Of a stretch of DNA of 64,000 nt, positions 17,360-27,814 are shown in pieces; the first letter of the stretch is position 1, and every line of letters begins with the position of its first letter. The notes beneath the pieces are model-generated. The model saw nothing but the letters and a program-made list of their open reading frames with translations. It did no database searches and was not told the origin of the DNA. This stretch comes from Macrostomum lignano (lineage: Eukaryota), in the NCBI GenBank assembly GCA_002269645.1, contig NIVC01000137.1, forward strand, positions 625,177 through 689,176, read 5' to 3'. Position numbers and translations under genes: made by a program.

Positions 17360-18103
17360 ATGGGATCTGAACTGAGGTTAATTTTGTTTATTAGCACCTT
17401 GAGCGCCCAGCTGCTGTCGGTGTGGGCCCAGTGCCCAGCCCCGTTCAACCTCGAGGCCGGCAAGTGCGTGTTCGTTAACACCGCTCAGAGCTTCAGCTGG
17501 TGCGAGGCCAACCGGCAGTGCGCCATGATCGGAGGCGAGCTGCGCAACTCGTACAGCTCTCTGCACCTGCTTGGAAGCATGCCGAGCATGAACTGCGACT
17601 GCCGCCTGTGGCTTGGAGTGACCGACTTGGCCGATGAGAGAGGCTCGAGCAGATCCGGCTGGCAGAGAATCAACAGCAATGACATTGTTCCGCTGAATGA
17701 CTCCATCTGGGAAGCACTCACTGAGCCGAATATGGGAGTTTTTGAGAACTGCATGCTTCAGACTGCTGGGAGTGGCGCAGGCAAGCTGGGAAACAACCCG
17801 TGCTCAATTCCCCGTGGCTTCGTCTGTGAGTTCAGTTCAAGTGCTGTCTCGTCGCCAATTAAGTGGAAGCAGATTCCGTTCAAGCGAACCAGCTACCATG
17901 CCAGCACTGAGTACTGCTACTCTGACCTGACCAATGTTCACTCCGAGCTGGCTTGTGTCATGTCAGCTTTCAATTCTGGCAACTGCAGACACGTGCTGTA
18001 CAACAGCAAGCTGAGAGCCTGCCGCCTGCTGCTGTTCACCGACGCTCAGGTGGAGGCCGAGATCGAGACGAGCGCCGACTGGGTCAAGTTCAGCGTGTTT
18101 TGA
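17360..18103 (+). CDS. Secreted C-type lectin domain + PAN/apple-like domain protein, copy 1 (247 aa)
   Basis: Signal peptide; CTLD motifs W-C-EA-C..GG.L, WLGVTD, EPN..ENC, C..GFVCE; C-terminal C..C..CRHVLY..C.L PAN-like pattern; apparently intronless. Confidence 0.9.
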   Translation: MGSELRLILFISTLSAQLLSVWAQCPAPFNLEAGKCVFVNTAQSFSWCEANRQCAMIGGELRNSYSSLHLLGSMPSMNCDCRLWLGVTDLADERGSSRSGWQRINSNDIVPLNDSIWEALTEPNMGVFENCMLQTAGSGAGKLGNNPCSIPRGFVCEFSSSAVSSPIKWKQIPFKRTSYHASTEYCYSDLTNVHSELACVMSAFNSGNCRHVLYNSKLRACRLLLFTDAQVEAEIETSADWVKFSVF

Positions 18104-18715
18104 GCAATTTTAGATGGTGAAGTCACTTAACCAATAAGTAGTGTACGGAGGTTTAGCAAACTTTTGAATTTTTTTTGTAAAGAAGCAGCCTATTTTGTTA
18201 AATTCATAGTTAACGTATTAATGACAGAATAGAAACGAAAAAAAGTAAAAGTTGATGAATTCATATTATCGAAATGTACACTTTTTTCCACGAACCGCTT
18301 TGACTGAGCAATAATTAAAATCCTTAGGGTCCTACTGATTTTCATTAGGTCGATTTTTGGTACAACGCTTGTTTATTCCTCATTTAGAGTTGGAATCAAA
18401 ATTTCTAAATCTATTTATAAGTTTTAGAAAGCTGAAAATGAGCTCGTGATTAATAAAACCAACCGAATATGAAATAAAATTGGTCGACATGATATTTCGT
18501 GTTTGATGCAAATTAATTTTCTGAACTTCAGCTTTGGTTTCTTTTGAGTTTCCCTCCAAATTTGGTGTTCTAAGCTATGACTGGCATTTCACGCTGTGCT
18601 TTTGACCAGGGGCGTTGCCATGTGTTTTATTGTGGGGGACGAAGCCAAGGATTCCACATGTACATTACTGAATTCCTACATGTACATTGGGAATCAGTGT
18701 TGTTACCACTCATTC

Positions 18716-19731
18716 TAGCGCCGCAGGCACTCATTTTGGCACAACAGGCGCTCATTTTGGCACAACAAGCACTCATTTTGGCACAACAGGCACTCATTTT
18801 GGCACAACAGGCACTTATTTTGGCACAACAGGCACTTATTTTGGCACTACAGGCACTCATTTTGGCACTACAGGCACTCATTTTGGCGCTGCAGGCACTC
18901 ATGTTAGCGCCGCATTCACTCATTTTGACGCCGCAGGTACTAATTTTGGCGCCGCAGGCACTCATTTTGGCGCCGCAGACACTCATTTTGGCGCCGCAGG
19001 CACTCATTTTGGCACAACAGGCGCTCATTTTGGCACAACAAGCACTCATTTTGGCACAACAGGCACTCATTTTGGCACAGCAGGCGCTCATTTTGGCACA
19101 ACAAGCACTCATTTTGGCACAACAGGCACTCATTTTGGCACAACAGGCACTTATTTTGGCACAACAGGCACTTATTTTGGCACTACAGGCACTCATTTTG
19201 GCGCTGCAGGCACTCATGTTAGCGCCGCATTCACTCATTTTGACGCCGCAGGTACTAATTTTGGCGCCGCAGGCACTCATTTTGGCGCCGCAGGCACTCA
19301 TTTTGGCGCCGCAGGCACTCATTTTGGCGCCGCAGGCACTCATTTTGACGCCGCAGGTACTAATTTTGGCGCCGCAGGCACTCATTTTGGCGCCGCAGGC
19401 ACTCATTTTGACGCCGCAGGTACTAATTTTGGCGCCGCAGGCACTCATTTTGGCGCCGCAGGCACTCATTTTGGCGCCGCAGGCACTCATTTTGGCGCTG
19501 CAGGCACTCATTTTGGCGCCGCAGGCACTCATTTTGGCGCCGCAGGCACTCATTTTGGCGCTGCAGGCACTCATTTTGGCGCTGCAGGCACTCATTTTGG
19601 CGCCGCAGGCACTCATTTTGGCGCTGCAGGCACTCATTTTGGCGCCGCAGGCACTCATTTTGGCGCTGCAGGCACTCATTTTGGCGCCGCAGGCACTCAT
19701 TTTGGCGCTGCAGGCACTCATTTTGGCACCG
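18716..19731. repeat. 21-bp minisatellite (GGCACTCATTTTGGCGCCGCA / GGCACAACA variants)
   Basis: About 48 tandem units; explains the long repeat ORFs on both strands. Confidence 0.95.
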
Positions 19732-21041
19732 CAGACCTCGAACCTAGGGCCAGGAAGAGGAAGACCTCAAAGAACAGGAGCGCATTCTTCTGACCCCGAA
19801 TCTCTGAATCAGTGCACTTGCTCACTTATTCACCATGACAGTTTTATGTATAAAATTTGGCTTATAAAATCTGGGGGTTACCTATGTGGGCGGCCATAGG
19901 AATCCAATTGGATTTTGGCGCCCGGAATTAAAATTTTTGATTTACACTACGGGACACAAGGACGAAACTAAAATAGAAAAAGCAATGTTTGGTTGAACTC
20001 TATACTTTCGAATTTAAGTTTGGACTATATCGAGACTAGCTAGTGACTTGTTCTTACAAAATCTCCCACTCGAGTATGATGATCGAATTATGACTGTATC
20101 GGTCGGTATGAGAGGATTGGTACCTCTGGTGTTTAAATAACCAGGTAACCCACAAACAATTTATTTAGCTAATCACACGCACATTTAATGTCTATCCGAT
20201 AGTCAAACAGTTTTGATAGAAATGCAACCTTTTCGATTCCAGATCTTGAACTGAGACCCCACCGAACTTCATTTCGAACAATCTTAATGGTGTTACAGCA
20301 GCTTACCGTACATAAGGATAAACTACAAAGATTCCGTGCTGCAAGTTGACAACAGAACCAAAATAAACTGGATTTTACAACCCAGCTAGCTAGCAACGAA
20401 AAAATATCAAACTGCTAACGCTGCAAAAGTCAATAAGTTATTACGCTTGCCCTCTGAAATCAGTGAATTGGAAGCGTCGAACCGATTCAGAAACAGATAG
20501 CAGACTACCCGTCTATCTGATGGATTGAAGTTTTCCACAGTTTAAAACAAATTCATATTATTAATCTTCAACATGACACTAATAACTGATTCCTTTAATT
20601 TTTTCATTCAATGAAAAGAGAGAATGTTTTTCTTCAAGGTCTCATATTACGCCATAGATTGATTACCAGAACTGGTGGGCGGTGAGTCGGTCGTTATTTC
20701 GTAGTTGAGAAGCCTATTAGCTGAAATCCGATTTAGAAAATCTCTATAACTCATTGGGATAGCAACTAAGCGGTAACTCGTAAAAACTTCAGCCCAAAAG
20801 GTTACCAAAAGTCTGAGCCATCCCTTTGTAGATTCAGCTCAATCCTTCATACTTGCCTTTTGACCAATGGGAGCACGACACGGCTCACAGCGAACTACTG
20901 GTTGCTGAAACATATATAGGATTTTTTGCGGAGGAAACATGATCAGAAATTTCGGCATTGTTCGAAATTAAATCTAAGATACTATTAACCTTGAGTCTGA
21001 GAGTAATACTCACAAAAACAAACAATAATTCTGTTAAAATC

Positions 21042-21779
21042 ATGAAATTTAATTTCGTGCTCCTTCTTCAAGGAATTATCAGCCACCAGTTGCTGCCAGC
21101 CCTGGCCCAGCTGTGCCCCGCGCCGTTCAGCCTTGAGGCGGGAAAATGCATATTCGTGAACAAGGTGAACAGAGTCAGCTGGTGCGAGGCCAACCGGCAG
21201 TGCGCCATGATCGGAGGCGAGCTGCTCAACTCGTACAGCTCTCTGCAGCTGCTCAGCAGCATGCCGAGTTTCGCCTGCAGCAGCTGCCACATCTGGTTTG
21301 GAGTGACCGACTTGGCTGATGAGAGGTCTTCGAGCCGATCGGGCTGGCTGATGGTCAAAGACAACGGCGTCATGCCGCTAGATAACTCACTGTGGGGTGC
21401 TTCAACTGAGCCAAACGGAGGCACCGGCGAAAACTGCGTAATACATTTGTCGCATGGAAAAATCGGAAACTACTTTTGTCCTCGCTCACTCGGATTTGCT
21501 TGCGAGTGGAAGCCGAGGACTTCTCAGACGCATCTGAATTTTGAACTGACTCCGTTCAAGCGGACCAGCTACCATGCCAGCACTGAGTACTGCTACTCTG
21601 ACCTGACCAATGTTCATTCCGAGCTGGCTTGTGTCATGTCAGCTTTCAATTCTGGCAACTGCAGACACGTGCTGTACAACAGCAAGCTGAGAGCCTGCCG
21701 CCTGCTGCTGTTCACCGACGCTCAGGTGGAGGCGGAGATCGAGACGAGCGCCGACTGGGTCAAGTTCAGCGTGTATTGA
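21042..21779 (+). CDS. Secreted CTLD + PAN-like protein, copy 2 (245 aa from ATG 21042)
   Basis: MKFNFVLLLQGIISHQLLPALAQ signal; EPN motif; paralog of copy 1; the ORF-track start at 20958 is a TTG. Confidence 0.9.
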   Translation: MKFNFVLLLQGIISHQLLPALAQLCPAPFSLEAGKCIFVNKVNRVSWCEANRQCAMIGGELLNSYSSLQLLSSMPSFACSSCHIWFGVTDLADERSSSRSGWLMVKDNGVMPLDNSLWGASTEPNGGTGENCVIHLSHGKIGNYFCPRSLGFACEWKPRTSQTHLNFELTPFKRTSYHASTEYCYSDLTNVHSELACVMSAFNSGNCRHVLYNSKLRACRLLLFTDAQVEAEIETSADWVKFSVY

Positions 21780-23177
21780 GAATTGCGTGATGTCAGTTGA
21801 TGCCGATATCATATCGAAGAAATATTACTTTAATCCTGAGAAACGATAAAAACTAAAAACGCAAACTTGTTATCTGTAATACAACCTTCGAATCCTAAGC
21901 TATATACACGGAAAAACTATTCAAAAGTATACTCGTTTTCTTCTTTTTTTGCTTTTTTCTTCGAGCAATATACAAAGGTGATTTTCTATCATTCATCTAT
22001 CATTGAGACCCGAGCGCCGCTTTTTGCTTTTTCTTAAGAATTACTTAAAATGACAGACCGTGATAACCAGGGTCGCATCGATGTGGAGGAAATTATACCT
22101 TTAATAGACTGTCAGTCATTAAAATACTTGCGCTGCATTCAAACGTTTACAAGTGTCTTCCATGCATTCTAAACTATATTCGTTTTATTTTATCTGCAGA
22201 ATCATTGGTTCACTCAGCAAAAGTTTCAGCATACATCAGTAAACGATCCTAAGCTTTAAGAACGTCAGTTCTCAACTTTCCTTTCTCTGTTCTTGCAACG
22301 CCCACACGTCCAGGATGCTTTTCGGCTTTAGTTAACGGCCTTCAATTATTCCTTTACAATGTACTAAAACTCCTTTTAGTAAAAAGTCTATGCAGTTGGC
22401 AAGAAGGCAAGAAAATTCCCGGCGACGGACAACAATGGCGAAGTTTTTAATTGCCTTTAGATCCTTAGACTTTAAACAAGAGTTTTCTCAAACAGGCTGG
22501 TTTCCGTGTGATCTCAATGATTTATTAATGCTTTAGCCGAAGCTGCCAGTGAAGTGGCTTTAGTAAACAATAGTGCTGTCAGCTTATGCACTGGAGTCTA
22601 GTGAGAACAATGGCAGTAGGAAGTAGTTCCTTGTAGGCAAGCTTGTTGTCCGTAGAAGTGCAGCAGAGAATAATGAGAAAAAGAGAGCCTCACTGGCCCA
22701 AATCTCGCAAGCGCGCACTGAGATTCAATGCATATGCGCAGGATACTGAAAAGTTGAAGAAGATAAAGAACTCTGCTGCGTTTGAAAATTCGCTCCACGG
22801 GACAGAAATCCCTCACAATTCAAGTGTAAAATTCACAGTAGGGTTGGCATCTGCAGAGAGCATCCCGATCCCATAACCAGTGCTACGTCAATTCTTCCCA
22901 TTCCGCTGACTCCTGAGCTCAAACAAGCGCGCGGATGTACAGCCGCCCTGACTGACTATCGGCAGAAAGCTCCATCTGATCTTTGAATGAGGTTTGATCA
23001 ACCTACTAAAGATTACGGTAGAAACTCAGTAGGAAAAAATGAGAAAGATCTTCGAGTAGTTCGGACTGGTCTAGAGGTTTATGACAGTGGCAAAAGGCTT
23101 GTGTGAATGAGACAAGCACAGGAGTCAATTAAAATGTTTTATCAAATACCTGCGTTCTTGTTAGCAAACACAAGTAA

Positions 23178-23485
23178 GGGGTTGTAGCCTAGTGGTTAGA
23201 GCGTCTGACTCACGACTTAAAGGTCGGGTTTTCGATTCCTGATCCCACTGGAACAATTTGTTTCCTTGAGCAAGACACTCAACTCTGAATTGCTTCAGTT
23301 CACCCAGCTGTAAAATGGGTGCCAGCATTAGCTGGGGTAATTGAGGCTGCGTGTGGCGACCCCCTCCAGTCCTTGGACTGAACAGCCGTACGCAGCCTTC
23401 AGATGCGCCGCGAAAATAGCTGCGGCTGAGCTGTCGGTTGCACATCTGGCCCAATTAGGTCAGGTGTAATCAATTATGATTATTA
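23178..23485 (+). mobile_element. tRNA-derived CORE-type SINE (copy 3) with target-site duplication
   Basis: tRNA-like head, CORE-like block, ATT tail; 14-bp direct repeat TTAGCAAACACAAG at 23161-23174 and 23486-23499. Confidence 0.9.
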
Positions 23486-23634
23486 TTAGCAAACACAAGC
23501 AATCTGCGGCCCCTGTTTGGACGACAACAGAAAAAGACTTTATTAATTAACTACATGTACGTTTTGATCTTGTACAGTCCCTATTGTTTATTTCTCAAGA
23601 CAAATATGATGTTTAACGCAAAAAAGCAAAAGCC

Positions 23635-23855
23635 CAAAAAGCCTAAGATATCAGCATCCCTTTGAGCTTTAGAACTAAAGCCTCCCTTTAAGTTATAGCT
23701 TAACCCTAACTCTCTATTAGATGCTTGGCCAACACCAACAGCTTCCATCTCAGTATCTGGCATCTCAGCAACCCCCCTTATGAGCCACAGCATTTCAGCA
23801 ATCCCCTCATGAGTCTTGACGTCTCAGCCACCCCCCCATGAGCCACAGCATTTTG
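23635..23855. repeat. Degenerate CATCTCAGC-unit array, inverted relative to 24340-25035
   Basis: Units such as GACGTCTCAGCCACCCCCC and CATCTCAGCAACCCCC resemble the reverse complement of the downstream GCTGAGATG array. Confidence 0.6.
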
Positions 23856-24339
23856 CTAGGTACCAGTGCAGTTCAGGAAACGAATCCATGTAACTATTGA
23901 AGACGTCGATTTAGTTAGAAAACAGGACTATACGAAATATCAGAGAACTTAGCAGAATATCAAGCCCTTAAAGGATGAAGAGTGAATAATCAATTAATAG
24001 GCCGATTTAACAAACTAATTTGTTGCATAAATTTCAATATAAGACAGATCCTTCTATTTTTAAGCGTCCCACCGGTGCCGGAGGCAAACTCTTGCAAATA
24101 CTAACTGCTACATATAGATATCTTATTTGAGTTTCACAACCGGATCTGAATATTGCTCAAACACTGAAACGTAACCTAAGTTCAGATGGGAAAAATGAAT
24201 CTTACAGAAATTTGCACACATTTTTCTACATTTCTGTATAAATCTGCGTGGGTGTCAACTGCTGGTATACAGACCAGGCCACGTATGGCTTGTGGAGAAT
24301 ACAAAAATTTATATTGGGTATACTTTTTTTCCAGGAAGT

Positions 24340-25035
24340 CAAGATGCTGGGATGTCAAGGCTTTTGTTGGGGGAAATTGCTGAGATGTCAAGTCTTTGGT
24401 TGGGGGAAATTGCTGAGATGTCAAGTCTTTGGTTGGGGGAAATTGCTGAGATGTCAAGTCTTTGGTTGGGGGAAATTGCTGAGATGTCAAGTCTTTGGTT
24501 GGGGGAAATTGCTGAGATGTCAAGTCTTTGGTTGGGGGAAATTGCTGAGATGTCAAGGCTTTTGTTGGGGGAAATTGCTGAGATGTCAAGGCTTTGGTTG
24601 GGGGAAATTGCTGAGATGTCAAGTCTTTTGTTGGGGGAAATTGCTGAGATGTCAAGGCTTTTGTTGGGGGAAATTGCTGAGATGTCAAGGCTTTTGTTGG
24701 GGGAAATTGCTGAGATGTCAATGCTTTTGTTGGGGGAAATTGCTGAGATGTCAAGTCTTTGGTTGGGGGAAATTGCTGAGATGTCAAGGCTTTTGTTGGG
24801 GGAAATTGCTGAGATGTCAAGTCTTTGGTTGGGGGAAATTGCTGAGATGTCAAGGCTTTTGTTGGGGGAAATTGCTGAGATGTCAAGGCTTTTGGGGGGT
24901 ATTGCTGTGATGTCAAGTCTTACGGGGGAATGCTGAGATGTCAAGGCTCACGGGGGAATGCTGTGATGTCAAGGCTTACGGGGGAATGCTGAAATGACAA
25001 GGCTCACGGGGGAATGCTGAGATGGCAAGGCTAAT
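24340..25035. repeat. 33-bp minisatellite (GGGGGAAATTGCTGAGATGTCAAGGCTTTTGTT), changing to shorter units at the right end
   Basis: About 17 units of 33 bp plus several shorter variants. Confidence 0.95.
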
Positions 25036-26401
25036 TGTAGGAGAGGGCCTAATTATAGGAGGAGCTACATGTAGTTTATTAAAAAAATTATTGATTCTAT
25101 GCTGCCTCTTACTTGCCTCTTGCCTCTTAGATCATTCGAATCTACATGTATTAATTGAGTTATGAGTAACCTTATTTTACACATGTAAAATCGTATATTT
25201 GTGTATAGTAAAAGCAAGCGCCTAAAGAAGCCTTTGTTTTTTACCTATGGGTGAGCTGAGCCAACGTTTACCTTTTAATATTCGTAAATCTCACAGAAAA
25301 GCTCTCTTCAATAAAGCAATCTAAGATCGTAGCTGTATCTGCGATGCAAATTCACAAAGAAAAGAAAAGAATAGCCGAAGACTTCCTCAATATACGCTCG
25401 TAGAATAATGAGAAAGCTTTTCATTGTCTTTGCGGATGTTTTTTCATCAAACATTCTCCCAAAAAAGCAGATTCCTTAGTTAGTGCAATGACTGTTTCAG
25501 GTAGACCGCCACTGCAGTAGCATGCCTGCAGCCACTAGGCAATTCCTCATTAATTAAGAAGTACAATGACAATACGCTCCTAGAGCCATACCATACCCAT
25601 GAAAACACTTCTTTATGCGACGTACTACTTTTACTCGTTAGTAGATTAACTCGCATAGCAGCTTATTTTGAGTCACGATAGATAAATTCCCTAGCATAAA
25701 GACTGATTCATTTTCAAATGCCTGTATCCATGTTTCTAAATTTCCATCCTTAGTTGAAAAGTTAACACTCCCGTGACCATTGAATGCATTCAACTTGGGA
25801 AAATGTTCAGAGAAAACGTCGAGGGCAAGTTCACCACATCGCTATGATTTGTCGTTGCTCAGGCATGCAAAGTTGAAACAATAATTAAAAGTTGCATAGT
25901 TGCTTTACGTCCGAATGCTTAAGTTATAAGTTTCATGAAAACGTACGAGCATAACTAGATTAGCTTTATTTAATCAAAAATAATGTTGTTCAAACCGCAG
26001 ATAGAACAGCTAATTAGTTCACATAAAAAAATTGCACCTACCTCATTTGGCAAAAGTTTAAGCCAGCCTTAAAATTGGCATGATGGAATCTTTCAAATTT
26101 CTTCTTTTGGATGTACAATAATACGAGCAGATGACGAAAGTTGTGAGTTCCCAGAATATTTTAGCTCCATGTTTCATTCTGAAGCTGGCCATTTAAAAAT
26201 AAGATTTTGCATACCTAATAGACTTCTATTACCCAGAAGTAGCGCTTGATGTTGCTTTAGCATTATTGACCAATAGGAAGCAGAAGCAGCAACCCAGAAG
26301 TTAATGATTTCATGGCGCTGCAAAAAAGGTATAAAATAGTTGAATCCTTTAAACACCTTTAAAATAAAAATCGAATCAGTCACGCTCACAGCATCGACAC
26401 A

Positions 26402-27148
26402 ATGTTGTTGAATTATCTGCTGATTTTTCAGGGCTTTCTTAACAGCCAGCTGCTGCGAGCCCTGGCCCAGCTGTGCCCCTCGCCGTTCAGCCTTGAGGCC
26501 GGGAAGTGCATATTCGTGAACAAGGTGAACAGAGTCAGCTGGTGCGAGGCCAACCGGCAGTGCGCCATGATCGGAGGCGAGCTGCTCAACTCGTACAGCT
26601 CTCTGCAGCTGCTCAGCAACATGCCGAGTTTCGCCTGCAGCAGCTGCCGAATTTGGTTTGGAGTGACCGACTTGGCTGACGAGAGATTCTCGAGCAAGTC
26701 TGGCTGGCAGATGATCAACGGCAACGGCATCATGCCGCTAGATAACTCACTGTGGGCTTTTTCATCTGAGCCAAACAGAGACACCATTGAGAACTGCATA
26801 GTGCATTTGTCCTATGGGAAATTTGGCAATAGTCAATGCGCGGCTAAGTATGGATTCGCTTGCGAGTGGATTGCTACGTCCCCTGAGTCACAATCTGATT
26901 TCGCCTCGTGGAAGCGAACTCCGTTCATGCGTACCAGCTACCATGCCAGCACTGAGTACTGCTACTCTGACCTGCTGCAGGTTGGCAACGCAATGAAGTG
27001 CGTAGCGGCTGGCATGAGATCGGGCAACTGCAGACACGTGCTGTACAACAGCAAGCTGAGAGCCTGCCGCCTGCTGCTGTTCACCGACGCTCAGGTGGAA
27101 GAGGAGATCGAGACGAGCGCCGACTGGGTCAAGTTCAGCTTGTTTTGA
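26402..27148 (+). CDS. Secreted CTLD + PAN-like protein, copy 3 (248 aa)
   Basis: Signal MLLNYLLIFQGFLNSQLLRALAQ; EPN motif; paralogy to the other copies. Confidence 0.9.
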   Translation: MLLNYLLIFQGFLNSQLLRALAQLCPSPFSLEAGKCIFVNKVNRVSWCEANRQCAMIGGELLNSYSSLQLLSNMPSFACSSCRIWFGVTDLADERFSSKSGWQMINGNGIMPLDNSLWAFSSEPNRDTIENCIVHLSYGKFGNSQCAAKYGFACEWIATSPESQSDFASWKRTPFMRTSYHASTEYCYSDLLQVGNAMKCVAAGMRSGNCRHVLYNSKLRACRLLLFTDAQVEEEIETSADWVKFSLF

Positions 27149-27814
27149 GCAAGACGAAATCTTGCAGTACATCTCAATGTAGCAAATAACATTGCTACAA
27201 TTTTAATAAGTAAATTTTAAGTGTTCGAAGACAAACAGATCCAAACATACTTTGGTCTCCTGAATTTCAACTATACAAAACTAACATAATATCGAGAATT
27301 TCTGTACGATCTAGTCTATTAAAGTATACTGAATATATGAATTTGTATATGCATATTGTAGTAGGGCATATAGCTTAAGAAGGGGTAACGCAGATTTTAT
27401 TTGACGCTACTGACAGCAGGTTTCGTTGCCGAAATGTCAATATAAACGTATAGAAAGCACATCATTTGATATTCGAAGCTTTTTACTTTTGTTGATTTCT
27501 GTTATGGTCGTACCTGCAGTTAAAAAAGTCATCGTATTCACGTAATTCCAACGCATCAAAACATTGAATCACGCCTCCAATTCTGCTTTATTCAAAAAGT
27601 CTTGCTTAGGACTTTACAGGGAAAAGGTAGTTATGAAACACAATACTTGAAACGCAAAAGAACACTGATATCTTGGGCCTTATTGCAAATATTATAAGTT
27701 ATTTGTAGCAGCTAACAACAAATCATTCGATACCTCTTGAAAGTTCCAGTGTACGTCAGCGGCATTCTCATTTTTTACAGCCTGGACACCCATAGGATTT
27801 AAGCCGTACGCTTT

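Noticed and set aside
18577-19899. 440-, 364- and 368-aa ORFs
   Set aside because: Open in several frames and on both strands only because the 21-bp unit lacks stops; no unique domain or coding context
24182-24944. Several 200-244-aa repeat ORFs
   Set aside because: 33-bp minisatellite artefacts
26402-26450. Possible intron/acceptor just before the conserved lectin body (..AACAG|CCAGCTG)
   Set aside because: The upstream in-frame leaders of copies 2 and 3 align as signal peptides, so a single-exon model is preferred; not excluded without cDNA
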